NCBI GenBank assembly: GCA_027622665.1
Contig: JAQBYT010000008.1
Coordinates: forward strand, 1-64,000
Direction: 5' to 3'
DNA from: Verrucomicrobiota bacterium
GTDB lineage: Bacteria > Verrucomicrobiota > Verrucomicrobiia > Opitutales > Seribacteraceae
Length of the DNA: 64,000 bases
Part shown: in pieces, positions 7,008 through 16,905 of the stretch
Position numbering within the stretch: the stretch's first letter is position 1
Layout: each line of letters starts with the position of its first letter
Notes under the pieces: generated by a model
What the model was told of the DNA's origin: nothing
Seen by the model: the letters and a program-made list of their open reading frames with translations, nothing else
Database searches by the model: none
Translations under genes and position numbers: made by a program

Positions 7008-10000
7008 ATGATGGGAATGTTTAGCTGGCTAGGAAACAGAGATTTCAATTTAGAATATGTACGGCGGACCCAAAAATCGGTAATGATCGGGTTGATTGGT
7101 GGGGCGATTTTGCTGTCTGCTCCCACCGCCCGGGGCACCAACTGGCAGGCGAATATCCAACCGGGTTCGGATATTGTCATGAACGACTTGCGCTGGCCCC
7201 TTTGGGACGCGGGAACGTATTACTGTTTCTGGTACATGAGCTTTTACCCCAACTACTCTGCGCTGTATGGCGGGGTGGCGGTCCATGGCCCCGACAAGAC
7301 GCCGGGGATGTTCACCTCATACTGGTGTGTGACAGAAGCCGTTTATGAGGGGCCGGAGTTCTATGGCAAGGGCTTCGGCGCCGAAGGCAGCAAGGGCGGG
7401 GCGAACGGGTCGCCCTCGTTCCAGCGTCCGAATTCGTGGTATCGCATGGTGATGCGGACCTTTCCGCCCACCCGTGAAGCCGATGGAAAAACGAATGTTG
7501 GCTGGTGGGTCAAAGATGTTGAGCAGAACAAATGGTATACGCACAGTGTGTTGCGGATCCCGAAGGCGGTCACAGGATTTGCGGCGAACAGTGGTTTTGT
7601 GGAAGCATTGGCACCGGAGTCCACCCCTCGCGCCTTCGAGCGCCGACTCGGCTACTGTCGCCTCAACGGTGAGTGGCACGACTCGCCTCTCAGTTCGAAT
7701 GACGAGAGGAAATTCAAACTGATCGAGAACGATACCGTTGTCCGATTCGACCGTTCGGGCCCCGATGGTGGGGCGAAGAAAGAAGCGACCTTTTTCCGTA
7801 CCAAGAAATCGATCACCCCGGCACTGGACACACCCGCGGTCGCCCAGGCGGAGGCTCATGCGTGGGGCAATCAGGTGAGCGTGAAGTGGCAAATCCCGCG
7901 GAGCGCGTCACCGCAACTCGGCTACAAGCTCGAGGCCTTTGCGGATAGCGAGGCAAAGGGTCAAGCGCTTGCCACCTGGGAGGATGCCGCTCCACACATC
8001 ATCAACAAGCGTCTTGACACAAAGTTTCCAGCGAAGTCGGTGAGACTGACGGTGACGGACATTTTCGACCGGCGGATCGCAGTGGTCATCCCTGTCCAGA
8101 GCACCACGATTGCAGTCTCTGCCTCCAGTGCGACCAAGACTAAGGCGGGACTCCGCTATGTTTATTACGAAGAGCCCGCCGAACGGAAAGGTGGTAAGTG
8201 GAAAAAACTACCCGACTTTTCGACCCTAAAGCCAGTCAAGCAAGGTTATGTCAAGGACCTCGACGACACCGTGAGAGAGGATCGTCGCGCGGGTTATGCG
8301 ATCAGCTATAAGGGCTACCTTCGTGTTCCCGCAGATGGTCTGTATGTGATTTCATCAGGGACCAGTGACGGCAGTCGCCTCCATGTCGATGGCAAGCTGA
8401 TTGCGGAAAACGATGGAATTCACAGTACATCCCAAAGACTCTACTCGCTTTCATTACGCAAAGGCCTGCGTGCTTTTGAACTGAAGTATTTCAAAGGGGC
8501 CGATAACGGAAACAGCAGACAATCGACGACCGCCAAAATCTCTATCAGTTGGGAGGGGCCCGACTTCGAGCTTCGCAAGCTGATGCTGGATGACTTCATG
8601 TGCGATCAAACTGCTGATGTTCCCTCCGCCACCCTGGTGGTGAAGGGAGCCGTTTCCGCCGGGGTGCTGAAGGATAACATGGCGAAAATTCAAGTGGTTG
8701 TCGAGCGCCGCAAGCAATCGATCCAGAAGTTGCAGCTCTTTGCCGGAAGGGTGCTACTGACGACCAAATTTGCTGATGATATCAATGACCAGGGTAAGGT
8801 TAATATTAACATCTTGCTGCCCGAGGGCAGGAATCAGGTCTGGGCGCGTCTCTGGTTTGGTGATGGGCAATCGATCGACTCCGCCAACGAGTTGGTGCTT
8901 GAAGCCAAGAATCAAACGATCGCACCGTGGCAGTTTACTAGTATGTTGAAGGGAGGTTTTCCTCTGGCTGTTCGAAGTGACGCTGACAGCGTATCCTTCG
9001 TAGGAGAAGGTTTTGGTTTTGTACATCAGACTGTAGCAGGAGACTTTACGCTTACGGGGCGGATTGCGGATATGCCTCTGACCTCGGAAGAGAATGGCCT
9101 GTGGCCCTCGAACTGGTTGGGACTATCGATTCTGCGTAAGCACGAGAACCCTAAAGTGCTCATCACGGATGCGGGGCCTTACAATTCTGAAATCAGCCTT
9201 TTTCTGACCGCCGAAGGAAAGATGAGAGGCGCGAAGGATTTTCCGGATTTAGCCGGAAGCAACATGAGTATCGCGACATTCAATGGAGCTCACCGCTGGC
9301 TGAGGCTTGTTAGATGTGGACGGCGATATCAGTCGTTCACGTCAGCAGACGGGAAAACATGGAAGCTGGTCGATGAACGTTTTTCCAGCCATTCCTCGAA
9401 AGAAGTTTATGCGGGTGTTTGTTTCCGTTCGGGACCGAACAAGAGCCGGAGCCTGTTTCAGGGCACCGTCGATCATGTCAATCTGGAAAGCAGTGCGCCT
9501 CAAGAGGTAAGGGAGAAACCCAGAAAAGAGGACCTTAGTCTAAATAATCGCGTCATCGCATTGGTGCAGGCACAGAAGAATCCTGAGGTTCTTTATGCCA
9601 GAAGCATAGGCAAGGGACTGCTCAAATCCAAAGACCAGGGAGAGAGCTGGACCGCAGTGAACCGGGGACTGACCACTCCTGATGCCCTGGCCGTCCGATC
9701 TGTGGCAGTGCACCCCGAGAATAGTTCCATCGTTCTCCGTGCTGGTGGCAGCGTCGTCAACGGCAAGCTGAAGAGTGGGTTATGGCGAAGTAAGGATGGC
9801 GGTAAATCATGGAAGCTGGTGACCCGCGAGATCGACTTTGACGGCCGTGGTCCTACTTCCATTTTTGGTGAGGTTATTATGTTCTGCCCCCAAGACCCCA
9901 CTCTTGTTGTGGCTGGTGGAGAAACCAAAGGTCTGTTCATCAGCCGGGATGGCGGCGAAACATGGACCAGTGCCGGCTTGACCGGGGAGCGGATCACGAG

Positions 10001-10640
10001 CATGGCATTTAGTCCACAACCGGAGAAACGCACCAACTCACCGATCGTAGTCGTAGGGACCTTTGCCGACAGTGAGTTTAAAACTCTGGGCTTAGGAAAG
10101 CCGGTCACCAACATCGAAGGACCTGGACGGATTTATTGGGTGGCCATTCCCGCCGATATAACAACGGTCAAAGGTTCGAAAGTCTGTGAGTTGGAGAATT
10201 TCGGAATCACAAACATGGTTTTTGATACGGAGAGAAATTTCGTGAATTTTGCCACCACCCGAGGTGTTTATTACACTTGGAGCCACTGCGCGTTGTATGC
10301 CAAGCGTAAGGTGGGGACGTCTAACGACAGGTTGTTTACAGCCATCGGTGCTCGGCCGTTTGACAAATGGAGCAAGTTTACCTGTGCCGCACCGTTCTCG
10401 GGTAATGAGCAAAGTCCGGTCCACTTCACCAAGGAGCGAAGCCGTAGCTGGTCCACACTTTCTGACAAATCGAAAATGGATAGTGACAAAGTTACGCTCG
10501 CATTGAATGCAGGGATCTCATGCCTGTTGCCAGATGCGGGAGATGAAAACACATTATATATCTGCAATCGTCACGGAGTCTTCAAGACCACCAACCAAGG
10601 CCAATCGCACAGGCTTGTCTTGCGGACTCCAAATGAGTAA
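7008..10640 (+). CDS. Large secreted multi-domain protein: DUF3472-like N-terminus, PA14 domain, ConA/jelly-roll-like module, C-terminal BNR/Asp-box beta-propeller
   Basis: Signal-like segment (MIGLIGGAILLSAPTARG; true start may be 7083); GTYYCFW...FTSYW; PA14 YKGYLRVPADGLY...SDGSRLHVDGKLIAENDGIH; Asp boxes SKDQGESW, SKDGGKSW, SRDGGETW. Confidence 0.75.
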   Translation: MMGMFSWLGNRDFNLEYVRRTQKSVMIGLIGGAILLSAPTARGTNWQANIQPGSDIVMNDLRWPLWDAGTYYCFWYMSFYPNYSALYGGVAVHGPDKTPGMFTSYWCVTEAVYEGPEFYGKGFGAEGSKGGANGSPSFQRPNSWYRMVMRTFPPTREADGKTNVGWWVKDVEQNKWYTHSVLRIPKAVTGFAANSGFVEALAPESTPRAFERRLGYCRLNGEWHDSPLSSNDERKFKLIENDTVVRFDRSGPDGGAKKEATFFRTKKSITPALDTPAVAQAEAHAWGNQVSVKWQIPRSASPQLGYKLEAFADSEAKGQALATWEDAAPHIINKRLDTKFPAKSVRLTVTDIFDRRIAVVIPVQSTTIAVSASSATKTKAGLRYVYYEEPAERKGGKWKKLPDFSTLKPVKQGYVKDLDDTVREDRRAGYAISYKGYLRVPADGLYVISSGTSDGSRLHVDGKLIAENDGIHSTSQRLYSLSLRKGLRAFELKYFKGADNGNSRQSTTAKISISWEGPDFELRKLMLDDFMCDQTADVPSATLVVKGAVSAGVLKDNMAKIQVVVERRKQSIQKLQLFAGRVLLTTKFADDINDQGKVNINILLPEGRNQVWARLWFGDGQSIDSANELVLEAKNQTIAPWQFTSMLKGGFPLAVRSDADSVSFVGEGFGFVHQTVAGDFTLTGRIADMPLTSEENGLWPSNWLGLSILRKHENPKVLITDAGPYNSEISLFLTAEGKMRGAKDFPDLAGSNMSIATFNGAHRWLRLVRCGRRYQSFTSADGKTWKLVDERFSSHSSKEVYAGVCFRSGPNKSRSLFQGTVDHVNLESSAPQEVREKPRKEDLSLNNRVIALVQAQKNPEVLYARSIGKGLLKSKDQGESWTAVNRGLTTPDALAVRSVAVHPENSSIVLRAGGSVVNGKLKSGLWRSKDGGKSWKLVTREIDFDGRGPTSIFGEVIMFCPQDPTLVVAGGETKGLFISRDGGETWTSAGLTGERITSMAFSPQPEKRTNSPIVVVGTFADSEFKTLGLGKPVTNIEGPGRIYWVAIPADITTVKGSKVCELENFGITNMVFDTERNFVNFATTRGVYYTWSHCALYAKRKVGTSNDRLFTAIGARPFDKWSKFTCAAPFSGNEQSPVHFTKERSRSWSTLSDKSKMDSDKVTLALNAGISCLLPDAGDENTLYICNRHGVFKTTNQGQSHRLVLRTPNE

Positions 10641-10735
10641 CAGTGACTTTTGGAACCCCGTCTGCTTTAGGGATTTCTGGATCAAGAAACTATAGCCGAT
10701 TCGAAAAGGCAGACCGCGAAATTCAGGCCAACGGA

Positions 10736-11539
10736 TTACCAACCGCTTGTTGCTGTTTCTCGACGTACGGGGCTCGCTCTCAAGCGAGAAAGTTCTTCAA
10801 GAAGAACGGTAGGTTTCTCATTGGAATCCGTCTCCACCAATTGGGAGAAGGGACTCACCAGACTAAGCATCGTCTTTATCGCATCTTCATCCATCTCGAC
10901 AATTCCACTTTCAATGACAATGAAGCGGTGGCTGATTTGACGGGCGTTAATGAGCACTTGGTCCAAACTTTCTACAGTAATTACACGAAACTCGGACGAT
11001 CGAAGTGCTTTTGCCGAAGCATCCCGGGCCTTTTTATCTTTCATGAAAAGAAGGACGGAAGGGTTATTCCGATCATGGATCAAGTGAATCACCTCATCCA
11101 TATCCAAAGGCTTTTGCAGGAAGGCTATGGCCCCCAGTCGGTAGCACTCCTCCTTTAACTCCGATACGGAATAAGCGCTCATGAAAATAAAACGAGGAGT
11201 TTTAGCAGATGCCGTCGGCTGTTTGGAATAGGGAATGGGAAAGGAATCCTGAAGTCTAGCTTGTGTCTCCTTCTTGATTCTGCGAAAGGCTTCCACTCCT
11301 GTGATATCGGGCATCTGTACATCCATCAAGACGAAGTCGAACTCATTCTCCATGCATAGGCGAATGGCTTCTTTACCATTAGCGGCTACCATTGGGGATA
11401 AACCTTCATCCTCAAGTATATCGTACATCGTTGATCGCATGGCGGGGTGGTCATCCACGATTAGGATGGAGACCTCTTGTTCATACGCGTCTATTTCGTT
11501 ATTAGATTTTGTCCCGTTAGTTGGTTTTTTTGCCGTCAT
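10736..11539 (-). CDS. Response regulator: canonical receiver plus degenerate C-terminal receiver-like domain
   Basis: ILIVDDHP...FVLMDVQMPDITG...FMSAY...FLQKP; overlaps the 3' end of the kinase gene. Confidence 0.88.
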   Translation of the reverse strand: MTAKKPTNGTKSNNEIDAYEQEVSILIVDDHPAMRSTMYDILEDEGLSPMVAANGKEAIRLCMENEFDFVLMDVQMPDITGVEAFRRIKKETQARLQDSFPIPYSKQPTASAKTPRFIFMSAYSVSELKEECYRLGAIAFLQKPLDMDEVIHLIHDRNNPSVLLFMKDKKARDASAKALRSSEFRVITVESLDQVLINARQISHRFIVIESGIVEMDEDAIKTMLSLVSPFSQLVETDSNEKPTVLLEELSRLRASPVRRETATSGW

Positions 11540-13205
11540 GAATTTTGTTTGGGAGTGTAATTACAATATTTGCCCCTTTATTTTTCTTCCAGTTGTGGCC
11601 AAGGCAAGAGTGTTTTTTATAATCGTTTATAATTGAAATCGTTCCATCATGCCTCTGCAAGATATCTCTACATAAACTTAACCCGAGACCCGCACCGCCG
11701 GCTTTTGTGGTATGGAGGACATCAAAAACCTTTGTTCGGTCGGCTTCGTCTACACCGCATCCTGTATCGCTTACCAAGATAACCGTTTCGCCCTCAGAGG
11801 AATGTGTGCCCGCAACCGTAATCGTCCCGCCATCCGGCATGGCTTGTTCGGCATTGGTGTAAAGGTTGATGAACACTTGTCTAAATAGTGCGGGGTCGGC
11901 GAAAACGAAGAATGGAGATTCGGCGAAATCGGGAGCAAAGGAGATGTTTTCGTTTAGGCGACAATACTCCGCCACCTCTTTTACGAGAGCGACCAAATCG
12001 AAACTGACGATATTCAGCTTCTTCCCTCTGCTCATTCCCAACAACCCGTCAATCACATCGTCCGAATGGGCCAACTCACTTTCAATCAAATCAAGATGCT
12101 CGCGAATTTTTTCCTCTTTTGGAAACTTTCCTCGCTTGAAGTAATTTTCGGAAACTCTACCAAGGAAGTAGACTGATTGGCGAATGGCGCTGAGCGGGTT
12201 GCGCAGTTCGTGCGCCATGTTAGCGGAAACTTGTCCGACCGCGGCAAGCTTTTCCTGAACGTTGAGTCGACGATTGGCGTTCAGTAACTTCTCTTCGGCT
12301 CGTACACGTTCTTTCGCCTCCTCTACAAGGCTTTGATTCGCCTGAGTCAATTGTCCCGTTCGTCTTTCTACGCGCTGTTCCATTTCTTCGTTCGACTCTT
12401 TTAAGATGCGGTCCGCCTCATCGACGGTCGACAGCATATCGTTGAAGACGTCCGTAAGGTCGCCGAGTTCGTCCTCTGAAAACTTTCGGGCTCGTACGGA
12501 AAAGTCTTTGTTCGCTGCGATCGCATTGGCCGTGGACGACAATTCCAAGATGGGTCGAGTGAGGGAACTCTGAAACCAAAGAGCACCGATCATAGTTACA
12601 ATAACCCCAACCCCCGCTACTCCGAAAGCCATGACCGCATATCGTTTGAAGCGATTATCCACGTCGGATAAAGTTCGTTCCAAAAAAATGGCCCCGATTT
12701 CAATGTCGTTTTGCGAAATTGGGCGAATGACCCAAGTCGATTTATCGCCCCAGAAATCCGCTGTTGTCTTGTTGATCTTAGGGAAGGGACTTCCTTCCTT
12801 TTCACGGTGATACCCGACGAAGAACTCTTGCTCAATGGTCTCCGATCCTGATGCTGAATGAGTCATGTAAACCGCGGCGTGAATAATGTTCGTTTGGTCG
12901 CCAAGTCTGTTCAGATCCTCATACACGGCTTGCCTATCATTAAATTGCAACGCCGTGCCTAGGTTATGAGCCATACTTTCGGCTTGGGCGTTGAGATTTT
13001 CGCGAATGAGGGCGCGAGTCGCCGAAACATCGACAGTCACGAAACTTACTGCAGCCAAAAGCATACCAAAACAGACGGCGGCAAAGGTAGACAGCATAAC
13101 CTTCCTCCGGAAGCGAAATCCCCACCCCATAGGCACTAACAATTTCCTGTTGGAACCGACGGGCTGCTGGTTTGACTTCTTTTTCTTTCGTTTCCTTATA
13201 GCCAA
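11517..13205 (-). CDS. Membrane sensor histidine kinase (periplasmic sensor, HAMP, HisKA, HATPase)
   Basis: Two TM segments; HAMP (RPILEL...DELGDLTDVFNDML); H-box MAHELRNPL; N-box NLYTNAEQA; G boxes DTGCG and GAGLGLS. Confidence 0.93.
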   Translation of the reverse strand: MAIRKRKKKKSNQQPVGSNRKLLVPMGWGFRFRRKVMLSTFAAVCFGMLLAAVSFVTVDVSATRALIRENLNAQAESMAHNLGTALQFNDRQAVYEDLNRLGDQTNIIHAAVYMTHSASGSETIEQEFFVGYHREKEGSPFPKINKTTADFWGDKSTWVIRPISQNDIEIGAIFLERTLSDVDNRFKRYAVMAFGVAGVGVIVTMIGALWFQSSLTRPILELSSTANAIAANKDFSVRARKFSEDELGDLTDVFNDMLSTVDEADRILKESNEEMEQRVERRTGQLTQANQSLVEEAKERVRAEEKLLNANRRLNVQEKLAAVGQVSANMAHELRNPLSAIRQSVYFLGRVSENYFKRGKFPKEEKIREHLDLIESELAHSDDVIDGLLGMSRGKKLNIVSFDLVALVKEVAEYCRLNENISFAPDFAESPFFVFADPALFRQVFINLYTNAEQAMPDGGTITVAGTHSSEGETVILVSDTGCGVDEADRTKVFDVLHTTKAGGAGLGLSLCRDILQRHDGTISIINDYKKHSCLGHNWKKNKGANIVITLPNKIHDGKKTN

Positions 13206-13316
13206 CGTTAAGAGATTAAGGTGTTAATAAGAGCCGAAACTCTTGCTGGATTCCTTTCGAGATCATCCGGCAATGAAGCAATTTATCGAACCCGAAAGCG
13301 AGATGGTTCAAGCAGC

Positions 13317-14036
13317 TCACGCGATATCCCCTTCGTTCAACTCCTGAATGGTTCGTATCGACAATTCCAGAAGTCTTTCGGGAGAACTTGATTCTTCCCT
13401 TTCAATACAGTCCGCCAAATAACTCTTGAAGGCTTCTTCATTCCGAACAATATCAGAATCATTGCGAGAAAGTCGCATGATTTCTTCTTGAAAGACAGCG
13501 TGCAGGCGATTCGTCTTCTCATTTGAGCAATCAGTGGATTCGTCTTTCCGCCGTAACCACGCAATGCCTTCAAACGCAGCACTGGCAGGAACCTCTCCGT
13601 GGCAATCTTGGTTGCGAGCCTTAAGTAAATGATCTAAAAATACCTGTTGTACTTTGATTACTGCGGTCTCTACAGTTTCGCCTGTGAAAAAAATGAACTT
13701 GGCATTGGGCCAGTTGTAAGCCTTGAGCAGGTCGACCAGGTCTTCGCTGCTCATGTCTGGCAAACCACGACATATTGCGACGAGAGGAAAACCCTCCAAC
13801 CGAGAAGCCATAAGCACCTGATTCCCATCGTGACTTACTTCACAGGCAAAGCCCATGTTTTGTCGGGTATCAACAAGTTGTTCGGATTCCGTGGAAGAGC
13901 CGTCCACCGGCAGAATACCCTTGGGTACTATTTGTTGAACGACATTATGATGTTTTTGAAGAACCTGCCAATTTCCCACACTTTCAACAAGGTTTATGGT
14001 CGAGCGCGTCTTTGGGGTGGACAGGATCGTATTCAT
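13317..14036 (-). CDS. Hypothetical protein with a pseudo-receiver domain
   Basis: GILPVDGSSTESEQL...GFACEVSHDGNQVL...FPLVAICRGLPDMSSEDLVDLLK...KFIFFTG follows the receiver pattern without the phospho-Asp; likely start ATG 14036. Confidence 0.6.
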   Translation of the reverse strand: MNTILSTPKTRSTINLVESVGNWQVLQKHHNVVQQIVPKGILPVDGSSTESEQLVDTRQNMGFACEVSHDGNQVLMASRLEGFPLVAICRGLPDMSSEDLVDLLKAYNWPNAKFIFFTGETVETAVIKVQQVFLDHLLKARNQDCHGEVPASAAFEGIAWLRRKDESTDCSNEKTNRLHAVFQEEIMRLSRNDSDIVRNEEAFKSYLADCIEREESSSPERLLELSIRTIQELNEGDIA

Positions 14037-14082
14037 GAAAGAATGAAAGGCCTCGCAATACAAAAGTTTATTTATTGCCTTC

Positions 14083-14112
14083 ACATTAGTCAACGATAAG
14101 ACCGCCTGTCAA
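14083..14112 (-). promoter_or_regulatory. Putative sigma-70 promoter
   Basis: Minus strand TTGACA-N18-TAATGT upstream of ATG 14036. Confidence 0.45.
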
Positions 14113-14131
14113 GTTCCGGACTAAAAGACTT

Positions 14132-15016
14132 TTACAGTACAACGATTGCAACACCCCCAAAAGCAACCAAGGCTCCGAGGACTTTGGCGAAATTTAGTTT
14201 TTCGCCAAGAAACCAGTAGGCTAACCCAAGAATAAAGAAAGTGGATGTTTGGTTGAGGATTGAAGCCACGGAAGCGTCTAAAAGTCGATAACCTTGAATC
14301 CACAGGCACATAGCGAAAAAAGCGGGCAGGCAAATGCCGACCCATACGCGTAGGTGAGGAAATTCCGGAGATGTTGAAAGTTTGGCGAACGTTCGAAATT
14401 TACCGACCGCGAGCAAACCCAAGAACCCAGTCGTGATTCCGGCCAGCATGCGAATCTCCATCGCGGCGAAGAAAGGAGCTTTTTCCAGAACGGGTTTGGC
14501 GAGAACGATTGCTCCCGCCATGGAAATCATTGCGGCGATACCATAGGCAATTCCTCGCGAGAGTTTTTTGACTTTACCTGCATTTCGCTCCGACAGAGTA
14601 GCGACTAGAATGCCCGCGACAACGAGGAGTCCGCCACCGATGCGATTCAGGGTCAATTCTTCTCCGAGAGCAAACCATGCTGAAATAATCACGAAAGGTG
14701 AATAAAGGCAGTCCAAAATAGCGTTCCGACCGGCGCCCAGAAGATTCAGTGAAGCGAGCAAAAACCAATCTGCGATACAGACTCCGAATACGCCACTGAG
14801 GATAAGAATCCAAGCGTCCGATGATGAGAACATTTCCCATGCATCGAATTCGAAAAAAAACACTGCGGGGACGAGGAGTAGGGCGATACCTATGTTCTTT
14901 AATAAATTGAGTTCAAAAGGAGGAACCGTTTCTCCGGCTCGCTTCAGGGAAATCGTCACAATGGCCCAGAGCAGGGCACATGCGACGGAGCAAATTTCCC
15001 CAGTGCCCCAATTCAC
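14132..15016 (-). CDS. DMT/EamA family transporter
   Basis: About 10 hydrophobic helices in two EamA repeats (LGEEL / LGEKL); GTG start at 15016 overlaps the upstream stop (GTGA). Confidence 0.88.
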   Translation of the reverse strand: MNWGTGEICSVACALLWAIVTISLKRAGETVPPFELNLLKNIGIALLLVPAVFFFEFDAWEMFSSSDAWILILSGVFGVCIADWFLLASLNLLGAGRNAILDCLYSPFVIISAWFALGEELTLNRIGGGLLVVAGILVATLSERNAGKVKKLSRGIAYGIAAMISMAGAIVLAKPVLEKAPFFAAMEIRMLAGITTGFLGLLAVGKFRTFAKLSTSPEFPHLRVWVGICLPAFFAMCLWIQGYRLLDASVASILNQTSTFFILGLAYWFLGEKLNFAKVLGALVAFGGVAIVVL

Positions 15017-15660
15017 CTTATTTTGAGTCCCCAAGCTTCTTGAGCGAGTGAAAAAAGATCTTTGTGAATGGAAAGGGCTCCGAGGTGTTCAAGTTGTTTT
15101 GCCGAGTGGGTGCCGGTGGTAACTAGCCTACAGTCCATTCCCACGTTTGCCGCGGAATCGAAGTCGAAAGGCGAGTCCCCGACTAAAAGTGATTCCTCAG
15201 CCGAGGCGTCGAGAAGCTTAAGTGCGTGATGTGTGAATTCAGCATCAGGTTTTCGCCAAGGGGTATCCTTCACACCAAGAACTTGTTCGACTAATGGAGT
15301 AAATCCAAGGTGATCACAAGCGGCTCGAGCGTGCCTGCCCACTTTGTTTGTGAATATTGCTGTTTTTTCACCACGTTCCTGCAAGGCTTGCAGCACCTCC
15401 ATGGAGCCGGGCATAGCAACAAGTCCTTCCAGCATAACCTCTTCAAAGATGGGCGGATAAATGGCCAACCCTCGTTGAGCCAAATCAGGCCCTACTAGAT
15501 TTTTCATTGTCATGTCGGCCGAACCACCCACGGCAGCACGGACGGTGGCATAATCGGCAGGTTCTAGTCCGAGTTCCTCCATCGCTCGAGCATAAGCCCG
15601 GTGAATGGCCGTGAATTGGTCGATGAGAGTCCCGTCAAGGTCGAAGAGTATTGCGCGCAA
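15013..15660 (-). CDS. HAD-family phosphatase (Gph/PGP-like)
   Basis: FDLDGTLID, FTNK, KPD and VGDSPFD motifs. Confidence 0.9.
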   Translation of the reverse strand: MRAILFDLDGTLIDQFTAIHRAYARAMEELGLEPADYATVRAAVGGSADMTMKNLVGPDLAQRGLAIYPPIFEEVMLEGLVAMPGSMEVLQALQERGEKTAIFTNKVGRHARAACDHLGFTPLVEQVLGVKDTPWRKPDAEFTHHALKLLDASAEESLLVGDSPFDFDSAANVGMDCRLVTTGTHSAKQLEHLGALSIHKDLFSLAQEAWGLKIR

Positions 15661-15747
15661 GAGAATTGCCCTTTGTCTTTAAGTGGTTTGTTATGAATTT
15701 TTCTTTCTGATGCCAAATCAAAGTAAAGTACGCGTGACTATCTTCCG

Positions 15748-16905
15748 ATGACTGAGGAGCAAGGACAATCGCCTTTAACTCGCATGAACTGCAAAGTGGG
15801 GGAGGGCGTTTTGCATTGTCGTTTTACGGGTCGGTGGACGATTGATACGGCCAAGCGAGAGACTTCTCGTCGATCATGGAGGCGTGCATTGACCAACGAA
15901 AAAGAAATCAAAAAAGTTTCATTCGAAATAGGGGAAGATGTTGAATGGGATTCGGTATTGGTTGTTTTTATCCGCTCCTGCCTACGCGATTGCAAGGAAA
16001 GTAAACTTTCAGTCGATATGTCTCGTTTGCCTTCGGGTTTGTGCAAACTGTTTCTCATGACTGAAGAGAAGATCATTGAAAAAGTCGGACTCGATGGGGG
16101 CGAACCGAGTTTTCTGACTGCCGTGGGCGAACTGGTCTTCGCCGTCGCCGAAGCGATCTTGTCTTCCGTTCATTTCCTTGGCGAATGGACTCTTTCCCTG
16201 TTTCGCCTGTTTAGATTCAAAGCACGCTTTAGAGCAAGCGACTTCCTAGACTCATGTCGAGCTTGTGGCGCATCGGCTCTGCCCATTGTCACTTTGGTTA
16301 GCTTTCTTACGGGTCTGACGATGGCCTTCGTGGGGAGCGTTCAGTTGGCAAAATTCAACGCCCGCATCTACGTTGCCGACTTGGTTAGTCTGGCCATGGT
16401 TCGCGAAATGGGAGGTCTAATGGTTGCCATCGTTATGGCGGGACGTACGGGCGCCGCCTTTGCCGCCGAACTTGGAAACATGAAATTAAACGAGGAAATC
16501 GATTCCTTGCGCACCTTTGGGATCTCTCCCATGGATTTCCTTATCCTTCCGCGCACATTGGCCTTGTTCGTGATGATTCCCATGCTGACTCTTTACGCTG
16601 ACGTGGTTGGCATGCTTGGTGGCATGGTTGTGGGCATGTTCGTAATGGATTTCTCCCTCCACCATTACGTCGAGCAGACTCAAACTGCCCTTAACTCTAT
16701 GTGGGATATTTACTCAGGTCTCGCCAAGACCATTGTCTTCGGGGGTATCATTGGCATGGTCGGATGCAGCAAGGGACTTAATTGTGGGAATGATTCCGCA
16801 GCCCTTGGAGAGGCTGTCACATCGGCTGTGGTTACGAGCATCACTCTAGTCGTGGTAGCAGACGCATTGTTCGAGGTTTTCTACAGTATTATGGGTTGGC
16901 GATGA
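15748..16905 (+). CDS. mlaE: MlaE-family ABC permease with N-terminal STAS-like domain
   Basis: REMGGLMVAIVMAGRTGAAFAAELGNMKLNEEIDSLRTFG...PR; N-terminal WDSVLV STAS-like segment. Confidence 0.9.
   Translation: MTEEQGQSPLTRMNCKVGEGVLHCRFTGRWTIDTAKRETSRRSWRRALTNEKEIKKVSFEIGEDVEWDSVLVVFIRSCLRDCKESKLSVDMSRLPSGLCKLFLMTEEKIIEKVGLDGGEPSFLTAVGELVFAVAEAILSSVHFLGEWTLSLFRLFRFKARFRASDFLDSCRACGASALPIVTLVSFLTGLTMAFVGSVQLAKFNARIYVADLVSLAMVREMGGLMVAIVMAGRTGAAFAAELGNMKLNEEIDSLRTFGISPMDFLILPRTLALFVMIPMLTLYADVVGMLGGMVVGMFVMDFSLHHYVEQTQTALNSMWDIYSGLAKTIVFGGIIGMVGCSKGLNCGNDSAALGEAVTSAVVTSITLVVVADALFEVFYSIMGWR

Noticed and set aside
15013..15660. HAD gene as mupP of the AmgK-MurU pathway
   Set aside because: Only generic Gph-like motifs, and it lies 25 kb from amgK-murU, so it cannot be assigned from sequence alone.
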